The translations under genes and the position numbers were made by a program. A stretch of 64,000 bases of DNA from an uncultured delta proteobacterium (lineage in GTDB: Bacteria > Desulfobacterota > Binatia > Binatales > Binataceae), in assembly GCA_963808235.1 (NCBI GenBank), contig CAWEEQ010000004.1, positions 3,456,001 through 3,520,000 on the forward strand, given 5' to 3'. Shown here one piece after another: positions 1 to 9,590 of the stretch; positions within the stretch are counted from its first letter, which is position 1; every line of letters starts with the position of its first letter. The notes beneath the pieces were generated by a model. That model was not told the DNA's origin. It ran no database searches and worked only from the letters and a program-made list of their open reading frames with translations.

Positions 1-144
1 CGCATCAATTTTGCGCGCCTTATTACAGTATCACAGCGCCGATCATGCAACCGCTGACGGCGAAGTTGTTTCGTCCCCTAAGTCCCCATTGTGACGGGAT
101 TGGCTGACGATGGCGTGAGACTCCGCGGTTGCTATCACAATGGA

Positions 145-1019
145 ATGATCGCCGGCCGACAAGGTCACCATCGGGCTCATCCAGATGAGCTGCGCGGCCG
201 ACCCGCGCCTCAATCTCGAAAAGGCAATCGCCCAAATCGAGGATGCCGCCAAGCGCGGCGCGCACATCGTATGCACCCAGGAACTGTTCCGCTCGCACTA
301 TCCCTGTCAGACCGAGGACCCGAAGTCCTTCGATCTCGCCGAGCCGATTCCCGGCCCGACCACCGAAGCACTGGGCGCAGTCGCGAAGGCGCACAAAATC
401 GTCATCATCGCCTCGATCTTCGAGCGCCGCGCCGCCGGCGTCTATCACAACACCGCCGTCGTCATCGACGAGTCCGGCGCAATCGTCGGGCGCTACCGCA
501 AGATGCACATCCCCGACGATCCTCGCTACTACGAAAAATATTATTTCACTCCCGGCGATCTCGACTTCGTCGCGCATCCCACCTCGCGCGGCAAAGTCGG
601 CGTGCTCGTATGCTGGGATCAATGGTTCCCCGAGGCCGCGCGGCTCACCGCGATGGCCGGTGCGCAAATTCTCTTCTACCCGACCGCCATCGGATGGTGG
701 CATGGCGAGCCCGCAGAAAGTCCGCCCCAAGCAAGTGAACGCGTGGGAGACGATTCAGCGCAGCCACGCGATCGCCAACGGCATCTTCGTCGCCGCGGTC
801 AACCGCGTCGGCGTCGAAGGCGAGCTCGAATTCTGGGGCGATTCGTTCGTCGTCGATCCGTTCGGCGAAGTGATCGCGCGCGCGAGCGCCACCGACGAAG
901 AAACTCTGCTCGCCGAATGCAACCTCGCGAAGATCGAGGAGGTCCGCCGCAACTGGCCCTTCCTCCGCGATCGCCGCATCGACGCCTACACCGACCTGAC
1001 CCGCCGCTTCCGATCATAG
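145..1019 (+). CDS. aguB: Carbon-nitrogen hydrolase, N-carbamoylputrescine amidase-like (frameshifted near 148 and ~730)
   Basis: KVTIGLIQMS, QELF, YRKMHIPDDPRYYEKYYF and VCWDQWFPE (E-K-C triad) in the frame of ORF 185. The C-terminus AWETIQRSHAIANG...WPFLRDRRIDAY is in the frame of ORF 243..1019. Adjacent to agmatine deiminase. Confidence 0.85.
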
Positions 1020-1070
1020 CCGTGGCTGCAATCCCAGTCTGAGCATCGCCAGCTCCTCGCCAACTATCGG

Positions 1071-2132
1071 ATGCCCCCCGAATGGGCGCCGCATCTCGCC
1101 TGCTATCTGGTATGGCCGCACAATCGCGACACCTGGCCCGGCAAGTTCGAAGTCATCCCGCCGATATACGCCGCGATGGTCGCCTCGATCGCGCAGTTCG
1201 AACCCGTCCGCCTGATGGTCAATATGAAAATAAAGACGCGATGCAACTCGAAGAAGTCCGCACGATGATCCGCGACGCCGCTCGCCGCCTCGGCTACGAC
1301 GACGCCGCGACAATTCGCCGCATCGACATCTTCCATCTCCCAACCAACGACTCATGGGCGCGCGACCACGGCCCGATCTTCGTCAATCGCATCGGTGCTG
1401 GCGGCCGGCCCAGCTCAAATCGCACTCGACTGGCGCTTCAACTCATGGGGCAAAAAGTACGGCGCCTTCGATCTCGACGACGTCGTTCCGCAAAAACTCG
1501 GCGCGCCGCTACGGCTTCGAAGTGATCGAGCCCGGCATCGTGCTCGAAGGCGGCTCGATCGACGTCAACGGCGCGGCACCGTCCTCACCACCGAGTCATG
1601 CCTGCTCAACCCGAATCGAAATCCCGACCTCAGCGTCGACGAGATCGAAGATTACCTGCGCACCTACCTCGGCGTCAGCAACGTCCTATGGCTCGGCGAC
1701 GGAATCGCCGGCGACGACACCGACGGCCACATCGACGACCTCGCCCGCTTCGTCGCCCCCGACACGATCGTCACCGTGCTTGAAGATGATCCCGCCGACG
1801 CAAACTACAAAGTGCTCCGCGACAATCTCGCGCGTCTCCGCACGATGCGCGATCAGAACGACCGCCCGTTCAAAATCGAAACCCTCCCGATGCCGCCGGC
1901 AATCATCCACGAAGACACCCGGATGCCCGCCTCGTACGCCAACTTCTACATCGCCAACGGCGGGGTGCTGATGCCCACCTTCAACTGTCCCCAAGACACC
2001 ATCGCATCCGCAACCCTCGCCCGCCTGTTCCCCGGCCGCCGCGTCGTGAGCGTCCCCTCGACGGATCTGGTCTGGGGCCTCGGCTCAGTCCACTGCCTAA
2101 GCCAACAACACCCCACCCCCCCAGTTCAGTAG
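1071..2132 (+). CDS. aguA: Agmatine deiminase (about 4 frameshifts)
   Basis: MPPEWAPH, NDSWARDHGP, DWRFNSWG, LEGGSIDVNG, TTESCLLNPNRNP, DDTDGHIDD, ASYANFY and GSVHCLSQQ are spread over ORFs 1071, 1082, 1354 and 1395. Confidence 0.9.
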
Positions 2133-2170
2133 TTCCATTCGTTTTTTCCTTCTGTCGTTCCTCCGCATCC

Positions 2171-2350
2171 CTTTCTGTCGTCCTGAGCGCAGTCGAAGGG
2201 GGCTTCCCGCCAAGCGATGCTCCTTCTTTTTTTTCTGTCGTCCTGAGCGGAGGCTGCCGGAGTCGAAGGACCTCCGCGAAGCGATGCTCTTTCTTTTTCT
2301 TGCGTCATCCTGACCGAAGCGAGCGGCAACGCTCGCGCAGTGGACCTGGC
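2171..2350. repeat. Tandem REP-like array, 3 degenerate units (TGTCGTCCTGAGCG...AGTCGAAGG...AAGCGATGCTC-pyrimidine tract)
   Basis: TTTCTGTCGTCCTGAGCG occurs at ~2172 and ~2232, with a variant GCGTCATCCTGACCGAAGCG at ~2302. The first two units are followed by AAGCGATGCTC and T-rich linkers. Confidence 0.75.
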
Positions 2351-2440
2351 TTCTGGCCTCCAGACAGCTTCGCGCAATCGAAGCCGGTTCCGGTTCCGAG
2401 TCGTCGCGTCCAATGGCATTCTAAGGGTAGTCAGTACGAA

Positions 2441-3295
2441 GTGCCGATCGAATCCACACTAACCGGCGAATTGCAGGGATGCCTGATAAAGCCGGAGACG
2501 CCCAACGGATGGGGCATCATCATTCTGGCCGGTTCCAGCGGCAGAACCGACGTTGCCCGCGCGCGACTGTTCGCCGAAACCGGATTTATCGCGCTCGCTC
2601 TCCGATATTTTGGCGGCGAAGGACAAACGCCCGGAATCTGCGAAATCCCGCTCGAAATATTCTTCTCCGCCACCGAGAGGCTCCTCGACGAGGGCGCTGA
2701 ACATCTCGCCTATATCGGCACATCGAAAGGCGCCGAGGCTGCACTTCTGGTCGCAACCCTCGATCCTCGCATCGATCTCGTGATTGCGCTCAGCCCCACG
2801 TCAGTGGTCTGGGCAAACAGCGGCGCCGGTCGAGACGGCCTGGGACTTCCACTGCGATCATCGTGGACCTGGCGCGCTGACCCGCTGCCATTCGTGCGCT
2901 ACGACCCTTCCGCGCCGATCGCGATGCTCGACGGCCTGCCCTCGTATCGCCGCTACGTCGAGCAGAGCCTGATCACGTTCTCGGCCGATATCGAAGCGGC
3001 GACCATCCACATCGAGGCGGCACGCGCCGATATTATTCTGGCTGCGGGAAGCGCCGACGCCCTCTGGCCTTCCGATTTTTTCGCGCGCGCTCTTACGAAG
3101 CGGCGGACAGACGCCGGACGATCCGCGCATCTTCTCATTCATCCCCACGCAGGTCATCGCATTCTCCTGCCCGGAGAAAATCCAGTGCGCTCAACCCAAA
3201 ACGCGCACGGCGGCGACGACTTGGCAGACGCGGAATTGGGCCTGTGGACGTGGTCCGCGATCCGCCGAACTTGCCTAAAAGATCCCGCCCCGTAA
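2441..3295 (+). CDS. Acyl-CoA thioester hydrolase/BAAT C-terminal domain alpha/beta hydrolase
   Basis: LAGSSG, GTSKGAEAAL nucleophile elbow, DALWPS and AGH motifs. The GTG start at 2441 is a best guess (ORF open from 2300). Confidence 0.8.
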   Translation: MPIESTLTGELQGCLIKPETPNGWGIIILAGSSGRTDVARARLFAETGFIALALRYFGGEGQTPGICEIPLEIFFSATERLLDEGAEHLAYIGTSKGAEAALLVATLDPRIDLVIALSPTSVVWANSGAGRDGLGLPLRSSWTWRADPLPFVRYDPSAPIAMLDGLPSYRRYVEQSLITFSADIEAATIHIEAARADIILAAGSADALWPSDFFARALTKRRTDAGRSAHLLIHPHAGHRILLPGENPVRSTQNAHGGDDLADAELGLWTWSAIRRTCLKDPAP

Positions 3296-3435
3296 CGCCC
3301 GCCCTACACATCACCCAGCGGATGCCTCGATCATCGTTGTACCAGCCCGCCCATTTGATCGCGCCGAAGTCATTCCGATTCCGAATCGCCGCATCCAATG
3401 TCGTCGTAGTCCTTCCATCCGCGAGCGCGTAACAT

Positions 3436-4164
3436 ATGGATTCAATGAGTAGGCGCGAGATGCCTCCAGATGCGGTCGGGCTGGGAGTTCCTGGCGACAT
3501 TATTCCGACTCGCGAGGGTTATGATCGCTGGTCGGAAGTTTACGACGGCGACGGCAATCCACTGGTCGCTCTTGAGGAGCCTCAGCTGGAGCGGATGCTC
3601 GGCGACGTGCGTGGACTCCGGATCGCCGATGTCGCGGCGGGCACCGGTCGCCACTCGGTTTGGCTCGCGAACGCCGGTGCGAAGGTCACCGCACTGGACT
3701 TTTCGACAGGGATGCTCACGAAGGCGCGCGCGAAGCCAGGCGCGGATCGCGTTTCATTCGTGATAGCCGACTGCGCCGCGCAGATGCCCTTGCGCGATGG
3801 CGCATTTGATCGGGTCGTGTGTGCGCTGCTCGCTGACCATGTCCAGTCTATCGATTTGCTGATGAGCGAGCTGGCGCGTATCTGCCGGATCGACGGCTTC
3901 ATCGCACTCACCACCGTCCATCCGACCATGCATCTGCTCGGCGTGCGCGCGCGTTTCAACGATCCCGAAACGGGTCGAAAGGTGTATCCGAAGAGTTATG
4001 TTCACACCATCTCGGCGTTCGTGATGGCCGCGGAGCGCGCCGGGCTTCGTTTCGATGAGATGAGCGAGCATCTGATCACCGACGAATTGGTACGCACAAA
4101 CCCTCGCGCAGCCCAGGCCCTCGGCTGGCCGCTCTTGCTCGCAGTAAAGCTCACCCGAACGTGA
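3436..4164 (+). CDS. Class I SAM-dependent methyltransferase
   Basis: YDRWSEVYD, DVAAGTGR, LDFSTGML, FDRVVCAL. Confidence 0.85.
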   Translation: MDSMSRREMPPDAVGLGVPGDIIPTREGYDRWSEVYDGDGNPLVALEEPQLERMLGDVRGLRIADVAAGTGRHSVWLANAGAKVTALDFSTGMLTKARAKPGADRVSFVIADCAAQMPLRDGAFDRVVCALLADHVQSIDLLMSELARICRIDGFIALTTVHPTMHLLGVRARFNDPETGRKVYPKSYVHTISAFVMAAERAGLRFDEMSEHLITDELVRTNPRAAQALGWPLLLAVKLTRT

Positions 4165-4248
4165 GTCTTCCAAAGCCGCCGGTCACCTCGTCGCACATCC
4201 CCCGCGCACGCGATTGTTCCCCCTCTATGTCTCCTGAGTACCGAATTA

Positions 4249-4667
4249 CCCTCGTCCGCGTGCGGGAGAGGGAACGGCGTCCGCGCCCGGGGTGAGGGAG
4301 GGCCTCCAAGGGTAGGGGTTAGGTCTGCCCGCCCACGCAAAGTGCCCATCCGAATCCCGAAACGAAACACCGCCCGCATCGCCGCACCGCTGCTTGTCTT
4401 CCGCAAGCGCTCAGATAGGCCTCGCGTAAGTGGCACCTCCTTGTCCTTGTCCAAGAAGGCATTGCATAACTGGTCGCGGCATCATCCCCTCTCCCGATGG
4501 GAGAGGATTGAAGGTGAGGGACCAGCGCGCGTTTTTTGGCGCGCGATTCAAGATTCTGCTCTGCTCCGAAAGCCGCGCGAAGGTTATGCAAAGCTCCCCT
4601 GTCAGAGGGAGAGGCCGCCGCTCATCGCGTAGCGGCTCAGTGAAAAACGAGCGGCGGGTGAGGGTCC
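4249..4667. repeat. Cluster of three REP-like hairpins (CCCTCTCCC-loop-GGGAGAGG...GGTGAGGG family)
   Basis: Copies at ~4249-4298, ~4486-4523 and ~4594-4667, all ending GGTGAGGG. Confidence 0.7.
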
Positions 4668-4703
4668 ACATTCCAAATCCCGCGCACAGCCCGAGCTATC
4701 GTT

Positions 4704-4898
4704 TCACCGCCTACAAACAATCTCAGTGGTGTGCCTGTTCCGTTCCTTATCCACCCACTCTCACACCTGTCCCTCTTCCACATCGAAACATTTGGCAACG
4801 TGCCGAACGAGATCGCATATCAAGAGCCCGTAGTGCCGATAGGTTCCGCAAGTATCGCTAGGATGAAGATGGCAAACCACATTGGTTGTGCCTTCCAT
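4704..4898 (-). pseudogene. Small degenerate hypothetical gene with internal TGA
   Basis: Reads MEGTTNVVCHLHPSDTCGTYRHYGLLICDLVRHVAKCFDVEEGQV*EWVDKERNRHTTEIVCRR*. The stop at 4761-4763 sits where Trp (VWEW) would be natural. Confidence 0.4.
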
Positions 4899-5197
4899 AC
4901 TGTGATGAAAAATGGGGCTAAGGAGGATCTTGACCCATGATGCGATGGCGTGCCTCGCTGATATCGCGCCTGGGAAATTTCCGCGGCTCGCGCGTCGAAA
5001 GAAGCGCGAATCGAAACACCATGCTCGCGTTAACCATCTGTTAGCCTAGATATTGACCGTAAGGTGGCAACGGAGTAGTTCGTGAACAGTAAATTCATTC
5101 GAAGCACTGGGACTCGCGCGCTGCGCGAACGATCGGCTCGCCGGATGAGAATCGACCTCGATCGTGCGACGCACCTCCTCCAGTGCAGGGGGTTCAG

Positions 5198-5809
5198 ATG
5201 CCCAAATTCACTTATGGTGATGTCGTCGCCGCCTGCGACGATCTGTCGGACGCGATCGTCAAACTAAATGAATCTATCACCTTCGATCCTGGCGACCTCG
5301 ATGCGCGACATACGGCGGTGCCGGACTATGTCGGGCGCTGCTCCGCGTGGATAAAGATGGACACCGGCGCGATCGCCGACGAGCTGGAAATCGTGGCCCC
5401 GGAACCCGTCCACCTGATCAGCGGTGCAGCCAAGATTGCGCGCGAGACCATCCAGGGTGATAAGCAGTCCGTTGCGATCGCATACGTAGAGGCTGCGAAT
5501 GCTTGTTACATCTCGTGCAAAGCTCTCTATCCATTTCTCCCGGCGGATAAACAAGCAGCCATTCCGCATCCCCCCGATGTGGTCGGCCCTGATATCAAGA
5601 CCCAGTGGAAGATGTTAACCGGTAAGGACTGGCCCGATACCGAACGCGTGCTCGAACGCCCGCCTGGCGATAAGGGAAAGAGACCTCCGCCTCCCGAGAA
5701 TGTCATGTTGACGGGTAACGACGGGTTCGACACCCGGCGCAATTTGGGTCGCCCGGATGGCGATAAGCCAAAGAAACCGCCGCGTCCTGGGGAATTCGAC
5801 TTAGACTAA
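5198..5809 (+). CDS. Hypothetical protein, helical N-domain plus two 31-aa Pro/Lys-rich C-terminal repeats
   Basis: ORF with protein-like composition. Repeats start at 5612 and 5705. The stop directly abuts the next ATG. Confidence 0.75.
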   Translation: MPKFTYGDVVAACDDLSDAIVKLNESITFDPGDLDARHTAVPDYVGRCSAWIKMDTGAIADELEIVAPEPVHLISGAAKIARETIQGDKQSVAIAYVEAANACYISCKALYPFLPADKQAAIPHPPDVVGPDIKTQWKMLTGKDWPDTERVLERPPGDKGKRPPPPENVMLTGNDGFDTRRNLGRPDGDKPKKPPRPGEFDLD

Positions 5810-7135
5810 ATGTTCGGCGATCTGCCCAAGATCTTCGAGCGCAACTTCGTTGTCGGCTACGTATTGCCATCGGCGCTGTTCCTCCTGCTGAGTCTCGGTT
5901 TTACCCACAATGGCAACCTGTGGGATTTTCTAACTACTTCGGACGGCGCCTCATTCGCGGTCGTGGCTTTCGCTTTGGGGATAATGCTGTTGGCGCTCAA
6001 CCGCAGTATCACACGCATTTTGGAAGGCTACGGTAAATTAAATCCTGCCAGACTCATGATTTGGTTGCAGCGCTGGCGGTTCAAACGGCTCCGCGAAAAG
6101 TTGAAAGCAGCCAACAAGGAGTATCACAGATACAGCAAGCCGGAGGATGTTCCCGAGGAGCTGGAGCAGCGCCGGCAGCGCCTTATGACCCGGCTCGTCG
6201 AGCGCTATCCGAACGAGAAGGGCTTGGTGCTCAGCACCTCGTTTGGAAACTGCTTGCGGGCTTTCGAATCCTATCCGAACGTAATGTACAAGCTCGAAAT
6301 CATCGAGGGCTGGACCCGCCTCGCCGCAGTTATCCCAAAAGATTATTCAGACCAGATAGACACCGCCAAGGCCCAAACCGATCTGTGGGTCAATCTATGG
6401 TTTCTGAGCCTTCTGACTATTGGCGATGCGATACTCACGTGGCGTTTTCCAGGGGCTTTGCTTGCAGGGAGCAAACGCCAGTTGGTGGAAAAATTGCTCG
6501 ACAAGTTGGTGACGTTCGCAAATGCACACGGGCACTTGTCGGTGACCCTCAATGCCACCGACATCGCGCCGTATTTTCAGCCGCTCCTCACCAGCGTCGG
6601 TGCACTAGCCTTGGCATTCTTTGCTTCCTCGATGGCAGCGCGAGCCGCCATTGAGTATGGTTCGACGTTCAAAGCGGCGGTCGATGTATATCTTCCAGCG
6701 CTTTACACTCAACTTGGATTTCCTGCCGCTGCAAATTGGGAGGACGTTAGAAACCGTTGGGACCGGTTCAGCGATGCAGTCTCCTACCGCAGGGCGGATC
6801 TCATGCGAGACGCGCGGTCGCCCTCGCCGATAGAGAATCCGCCGACCACTGCTGCAATCACCGAAGCCGCATCCGCGAAGCCAGTTGCGGCGCCGGTAAA
6901 GAGATTAGATCCGATCGCATATCTGAATGCGAAGGCGTCATCCCTCCTGGCTCGCGCCAAGGCGAAGATGAGCCAATTGAGGAAGGACGTTACTGTGACA
7001 CAAGCTGCCGAACAAAAACGCCCCGCGACAGCCTCGAACCAGAACAACGGAGTCGCCGGCCAAAGCACACCGCCGCCGATGCCAGCTCGCCACGATGCAA
7101 CACCGTCGTCGGAGAAACCGGACGACGAAACCTGA
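5810..7135 (+). CDS. Hypothetical multi-pass membrane protein with soluble insert and low-complexity tail
   Basis: 441 aa with about 4-5 hydrophobic segments, FGNCLRAFESYP...GWTRL soluble region and a Pro/Ala/Ser-rich C-terminus. Confidence 0.8.
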   Translation: MFGDLPKIFERNFVVGYVLPSALFLLLSLGFTHNGNLWDFLTTSDGASFAVVAFALGIMLLALNRSITRILEGYGKLNPARLMIWLQRWRFKRLREKLKAANKEYHRYSKPEDVPEELEQRRQRLMTRLVERYPNEKGLVLSTSFGNCLRAFESYPNVMYKLEIIEGWTRLAAVIPKDYSDQIDTAKAQTDLWVNLWFLSLLTIGDAILTWRFPGALLAGSKRQLVEKLLDKLVTFANAHGHLSVTLNATDIAPYFQPLLTSVGALALAFFASSMAARAAIEYGSTFKAAVDVYLPALYTQLGFPAAANWEDVRNRWDRFSDAVSYRRADLMRDARSPSPIENPPTTAAITEAASAKPVAAPVKRLDPIAYLNAKASSLLARAKAKMSQLRKDVTVTQAAEQKRPATASNQNNGVAGQSTPPPMPARHDATPSSEKPDDET

Positions 7136-7328
7136 ACAGCTCACGCTGGCTCGCAAAACGAACCTGGGCTGCCTCGTCTCGGTTCGATGCCTGAACCCGC
7201 AAGACACCCCGGCCCCGACCGCATAGTCCTTCCGCCGTCATTCTGAATCTTTATTCTTCGAAACGGGCACCCACTTCACCGCAGTCAACTCATCGAGCAC
7301 GCCCTTTCACCATTTCACTGTGGGAAGG

Positions 7329-7351
7329 GTGAAACCTTTCAAAGGTTTCAC
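7329..7351. promoter_or_regulatory. Perfect palindrome GTGAAACCTTT-C-AAAGGTTTCAC, candidate operator
   Basis: 11-bp perfect arms with a 1-nt centre, about 60 bp upstream of a -35 box. Confidence 0.5.
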
Positions 7352-7412
7352 ATCCGATTCTGCTCACTTGCGCTTTTCGCTTTCTATAAAATTTAAGAAT
7401 CTTAATCAGAAC

Positions 7413-7440
7413 TTGACAAACTTAATATTTCAGTTAATAT
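7413..7440 (+). promoter_or_regulatory. Sigma70-type promoter (TTGACA-16nt-TAATAT), probably leaderless
   Basis: TTGACA at 7413-7418 and TAATAT at 7435-7440. ATG at 7449 has no SD. AT-rich patch with repeated TTAAT. Confidence 0.6.
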
Positions 7441-7448
7441 CTTCAACT

Positions 7449-7850
7449 ATGCGGCCTTTAATCCTCAAGTGCCCATCCTGCGAAGCCGACCTCAATGTAA
7501 CGCGCCTCCGATGCCCTGAATGCGCCATCAACATCGAAGGTGAGTTCGAACTGCCGCGACTGTTGAAGCTGAGCCGCGCGCAAATCGACTTCATCGAGGT
7601 CTTCATCAAGAACCGCGGCATCATCCGCGAGGTCGAGCGCGAGCTCGGCGTTTCCTACCCCACCGTCCGCGCGCGGCTTGACGAGGTGATCCAGGCGCTC
7701 GGGTATTCAAGCAAGCCTCTTCCCAACGATGGAATCGCGAGCGAAGGCGCCGAGCGCCGGCGAATCGTGCTCGCCGAACTCAAGGCCGGCAAGCTCACTC
7801 CCGAAGAGGCGCTCGTGGCGCTTAACGAGCGCGGCACAAAAGACGACTAA
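7449..7850 (+). CDS. DUF2089 family Zn-ribbon/HTH regulator
   Basis: CPSC..LRCPEC Zn ribbon, IEGEF, FIKNRGIIREVERELGVSYPTVRARLD HTH and a SHOCT-like tail. Confidence 0.9.
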   Translation: MRPLILKCPSCEADLNVTRLRCPECAINIEGEFELPRLLKLSRAQIDFIEVFIKNRGIIREVERELGVSYPTVRARLDEVIQALGYSSKPLPNDGIASEGAERRRIVLAELKAGKLTPEEALVALNERGTKDD

Positions 7851-7890
7851 CGAAATTTTCGACGCAATTTTAGACGGAGGCAAATCCGCG

Positions 7891-9570
7891 ATGGCTCCAA
7901 CGACGCTCGAGGGAATCGAATCAATCCGCGTGATGCGCGCGGCCGGAAATCTCAAGGTCATCGGCGCCGCCGATATACCGCACGCCACGATCGACGCGAG
8001 CGTTGCGCCGGAGATCACGCGTAATGCGGGCGTGGCCGAAGTCGTCGTGCGCTCGAACGCGACCATCACGATACCGGCCGGAGTCACGGTCGAGATCGAA
8101 GAGGTCGCGGGCAATCTCGAAGTATCGAATCTCGCGACTCCAATCGTCATCAAGCGGATACGCGGCAATCTCGACGCGGATCGAATCGGAGCAATCGCCA
8201 TTCGCGAGCCGGTCGGCGGCAGGGTCTCTATCAAAGCGGCCAGTTCGATCGAAGGCGACCAGGTGCGCGGTTCGCTCACGCTCGAATCGGCGCACTCGAT
8301 CACCTTCCGCGAGGTCGCCGGGCATTTCGAATGCCGCGGCGTCGATGGCGAAGTCGCGATCGAAAAGATCTCCGGGTCGGCGCGTCTCGATTCCCTGCGC
8401 GGGCCATTCATCGCGCGAATCATCGGGGGCCATCTCGAAGCCGAAGGCGCGGCCGACGTAGAGGCGGGCGTGGTCGGCGGCAAAGTGCGCGGCGCGAACC
8501 TGTCGGGCGCGCTCAGGGTCGGCAAAATCGGCGGCAAGCTCGGTCTGGAAGCCGTCGCCGGCGACGTTCAAGTCGGATTCGTCGGCGGCAACGCGCGCAT
8601 AGCCAAAATTGGCGGCGCACTCAGCCTCGAGCAAGTCGGCGGCGCGATCGATATGTCCGGGCCCTATCCAGCGGAAAAATCCTGGACCGTCAGAAGCCGC
8701 GGACGAGTCAACGTCGAAGTAGATTCGGCCGCGTCGATAGACCTGGCCGCGTCCGCAGGATGGGGCCGGATTCGCACTTACGGCGTCGAAGCGGCGGGCC
8801 TGAAATGGGCCGGACAGCATCATGTGCAGGGCACCATCGGACCGGAACCGAAGAGCGGCGCGCGGATGAAACTCGCAATCGAGACTCGCGGCGCCGACGT
8901 AATCGTCGCGAGCGCCGGCGCGCGCGAGCGCGACTTCTCCGGCCGCGGCTATCGAGCGCGCCCGGGCGCATTCGCGGATACCTTCGAAGACTTCGCCGAA
9001 GAACTTGGCGGCGAGATTCCCGAGTTCGTGCGGACCGTGATGGATGCGGCCGGCAAGTTCGTCGCGGAGAGCGGCGGGTTGTCCAGCGAAATCGTGCGCG
9101 AGGTGAGCCGCGACGTCAAACGCAGTGTCAGCGAAGGGGTTCGCGAGGTCGAACGCGCAATCAGCGAGATCGAGGAATCGGCTCCGCGCGAGGTCGGCGA
9201 GAAGTTGGCAAGACTCGGCAAGGAGATAAGCGACCTGGTCGCCCGGGCAGTTCGTGGCGGGACCCGCGAGGCGCGCGATCAGATGCGCGAACGCGTGCGC
9301 AATGCCGCCCGCGACATGCGCGATACGATTCGCGAGGCCGCCCGCGACGTGCATCGCAGCTCGCGCGAGGAACCCGGCACAAAGACCGCCGCGCCAAGCG
9401 CCGAATCTCCTCGGACTCCCGGAACTCCGGGCGCAACCGTGAAACTGAATCGCGAAGATGCGATCCTCGAAATCCTTGCCGCGGTGAAAGACGGCCGTCT
9501 CGAGCCGGAAGAGGCGGACGACTTGATCAACGCCTGGATGGAAGTCCGCGACACCGACGCGCGCCGATGA
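7891..9570 (+). CDS. DUF4097-like beta-strand-repeat protein with helical repeats and C-terminal SHOCT-like motif
   Basis: GGAGG SD before ATG 7891. Repeated xxVGGx beta motifs, amphipathic helical region, ILEILAAVKDGRLEPEEADDLI. Confidence 0.8.
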   Translation: MAPTTLEGIESIRVMRAAGNLKVIGAADIPHATIDASVAPEITRNAGVAEVVVRSNATITIPAGVTVEIEEVAGNLEVSNLATPIVIKRIRGNLDADRIGAIAIREPVGGRVSIKAASSIEGDQVRGSLTLESAHSITFREVAGHFECRGVDGEVAIEKISGSARLDSLRGPFIARIIGGHLEAEGAADVEAGVVGGKVRGANLSGALRVGKIGGKLGLEAVAGDVQVGFVGGNARIAKIGGALSLEQVGGAIDMSGPYPAEKSWTVRSRGRVNVEVDSAASIDLAASAGWGRIRTYGVEAAGLKWAGQHHVQGTIGPEPKSGARMKLAIETRGADVIVASAGARERDFSGRGYRARPGAFADTFEDFAEELGGEIPEFVRTVMDAAGKFVAESGGLSSEIVREVSRDVKRSVSEGVREVERAISEIEESAPREVGEKLARLGKEISDLVARAVRGGTREARDQMRERVRNAARDMRDTIREAARDVHRSSREEPGTKTAAPSAESPRTPGTPGATVKLNREDAILEILAAVKDGRLEPEEADDLINAWMEVRDTDARR

Positions 9571-9590
9571 GCTGCGCGCCGAGTTTCCGG

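Noticed and set aside
145-2132. Programmed ribosomal frameshifting or phase variation
   Set aside because: Too many shifts, and no consistent slippery heptamers or long homopolymers at the sites.
2140-2350. Possible CRISPR array
   Set aside because: Only three degenerate units, no constant repeat with unique equal-length spacers, and no cas genes; it fits REP-like elements.
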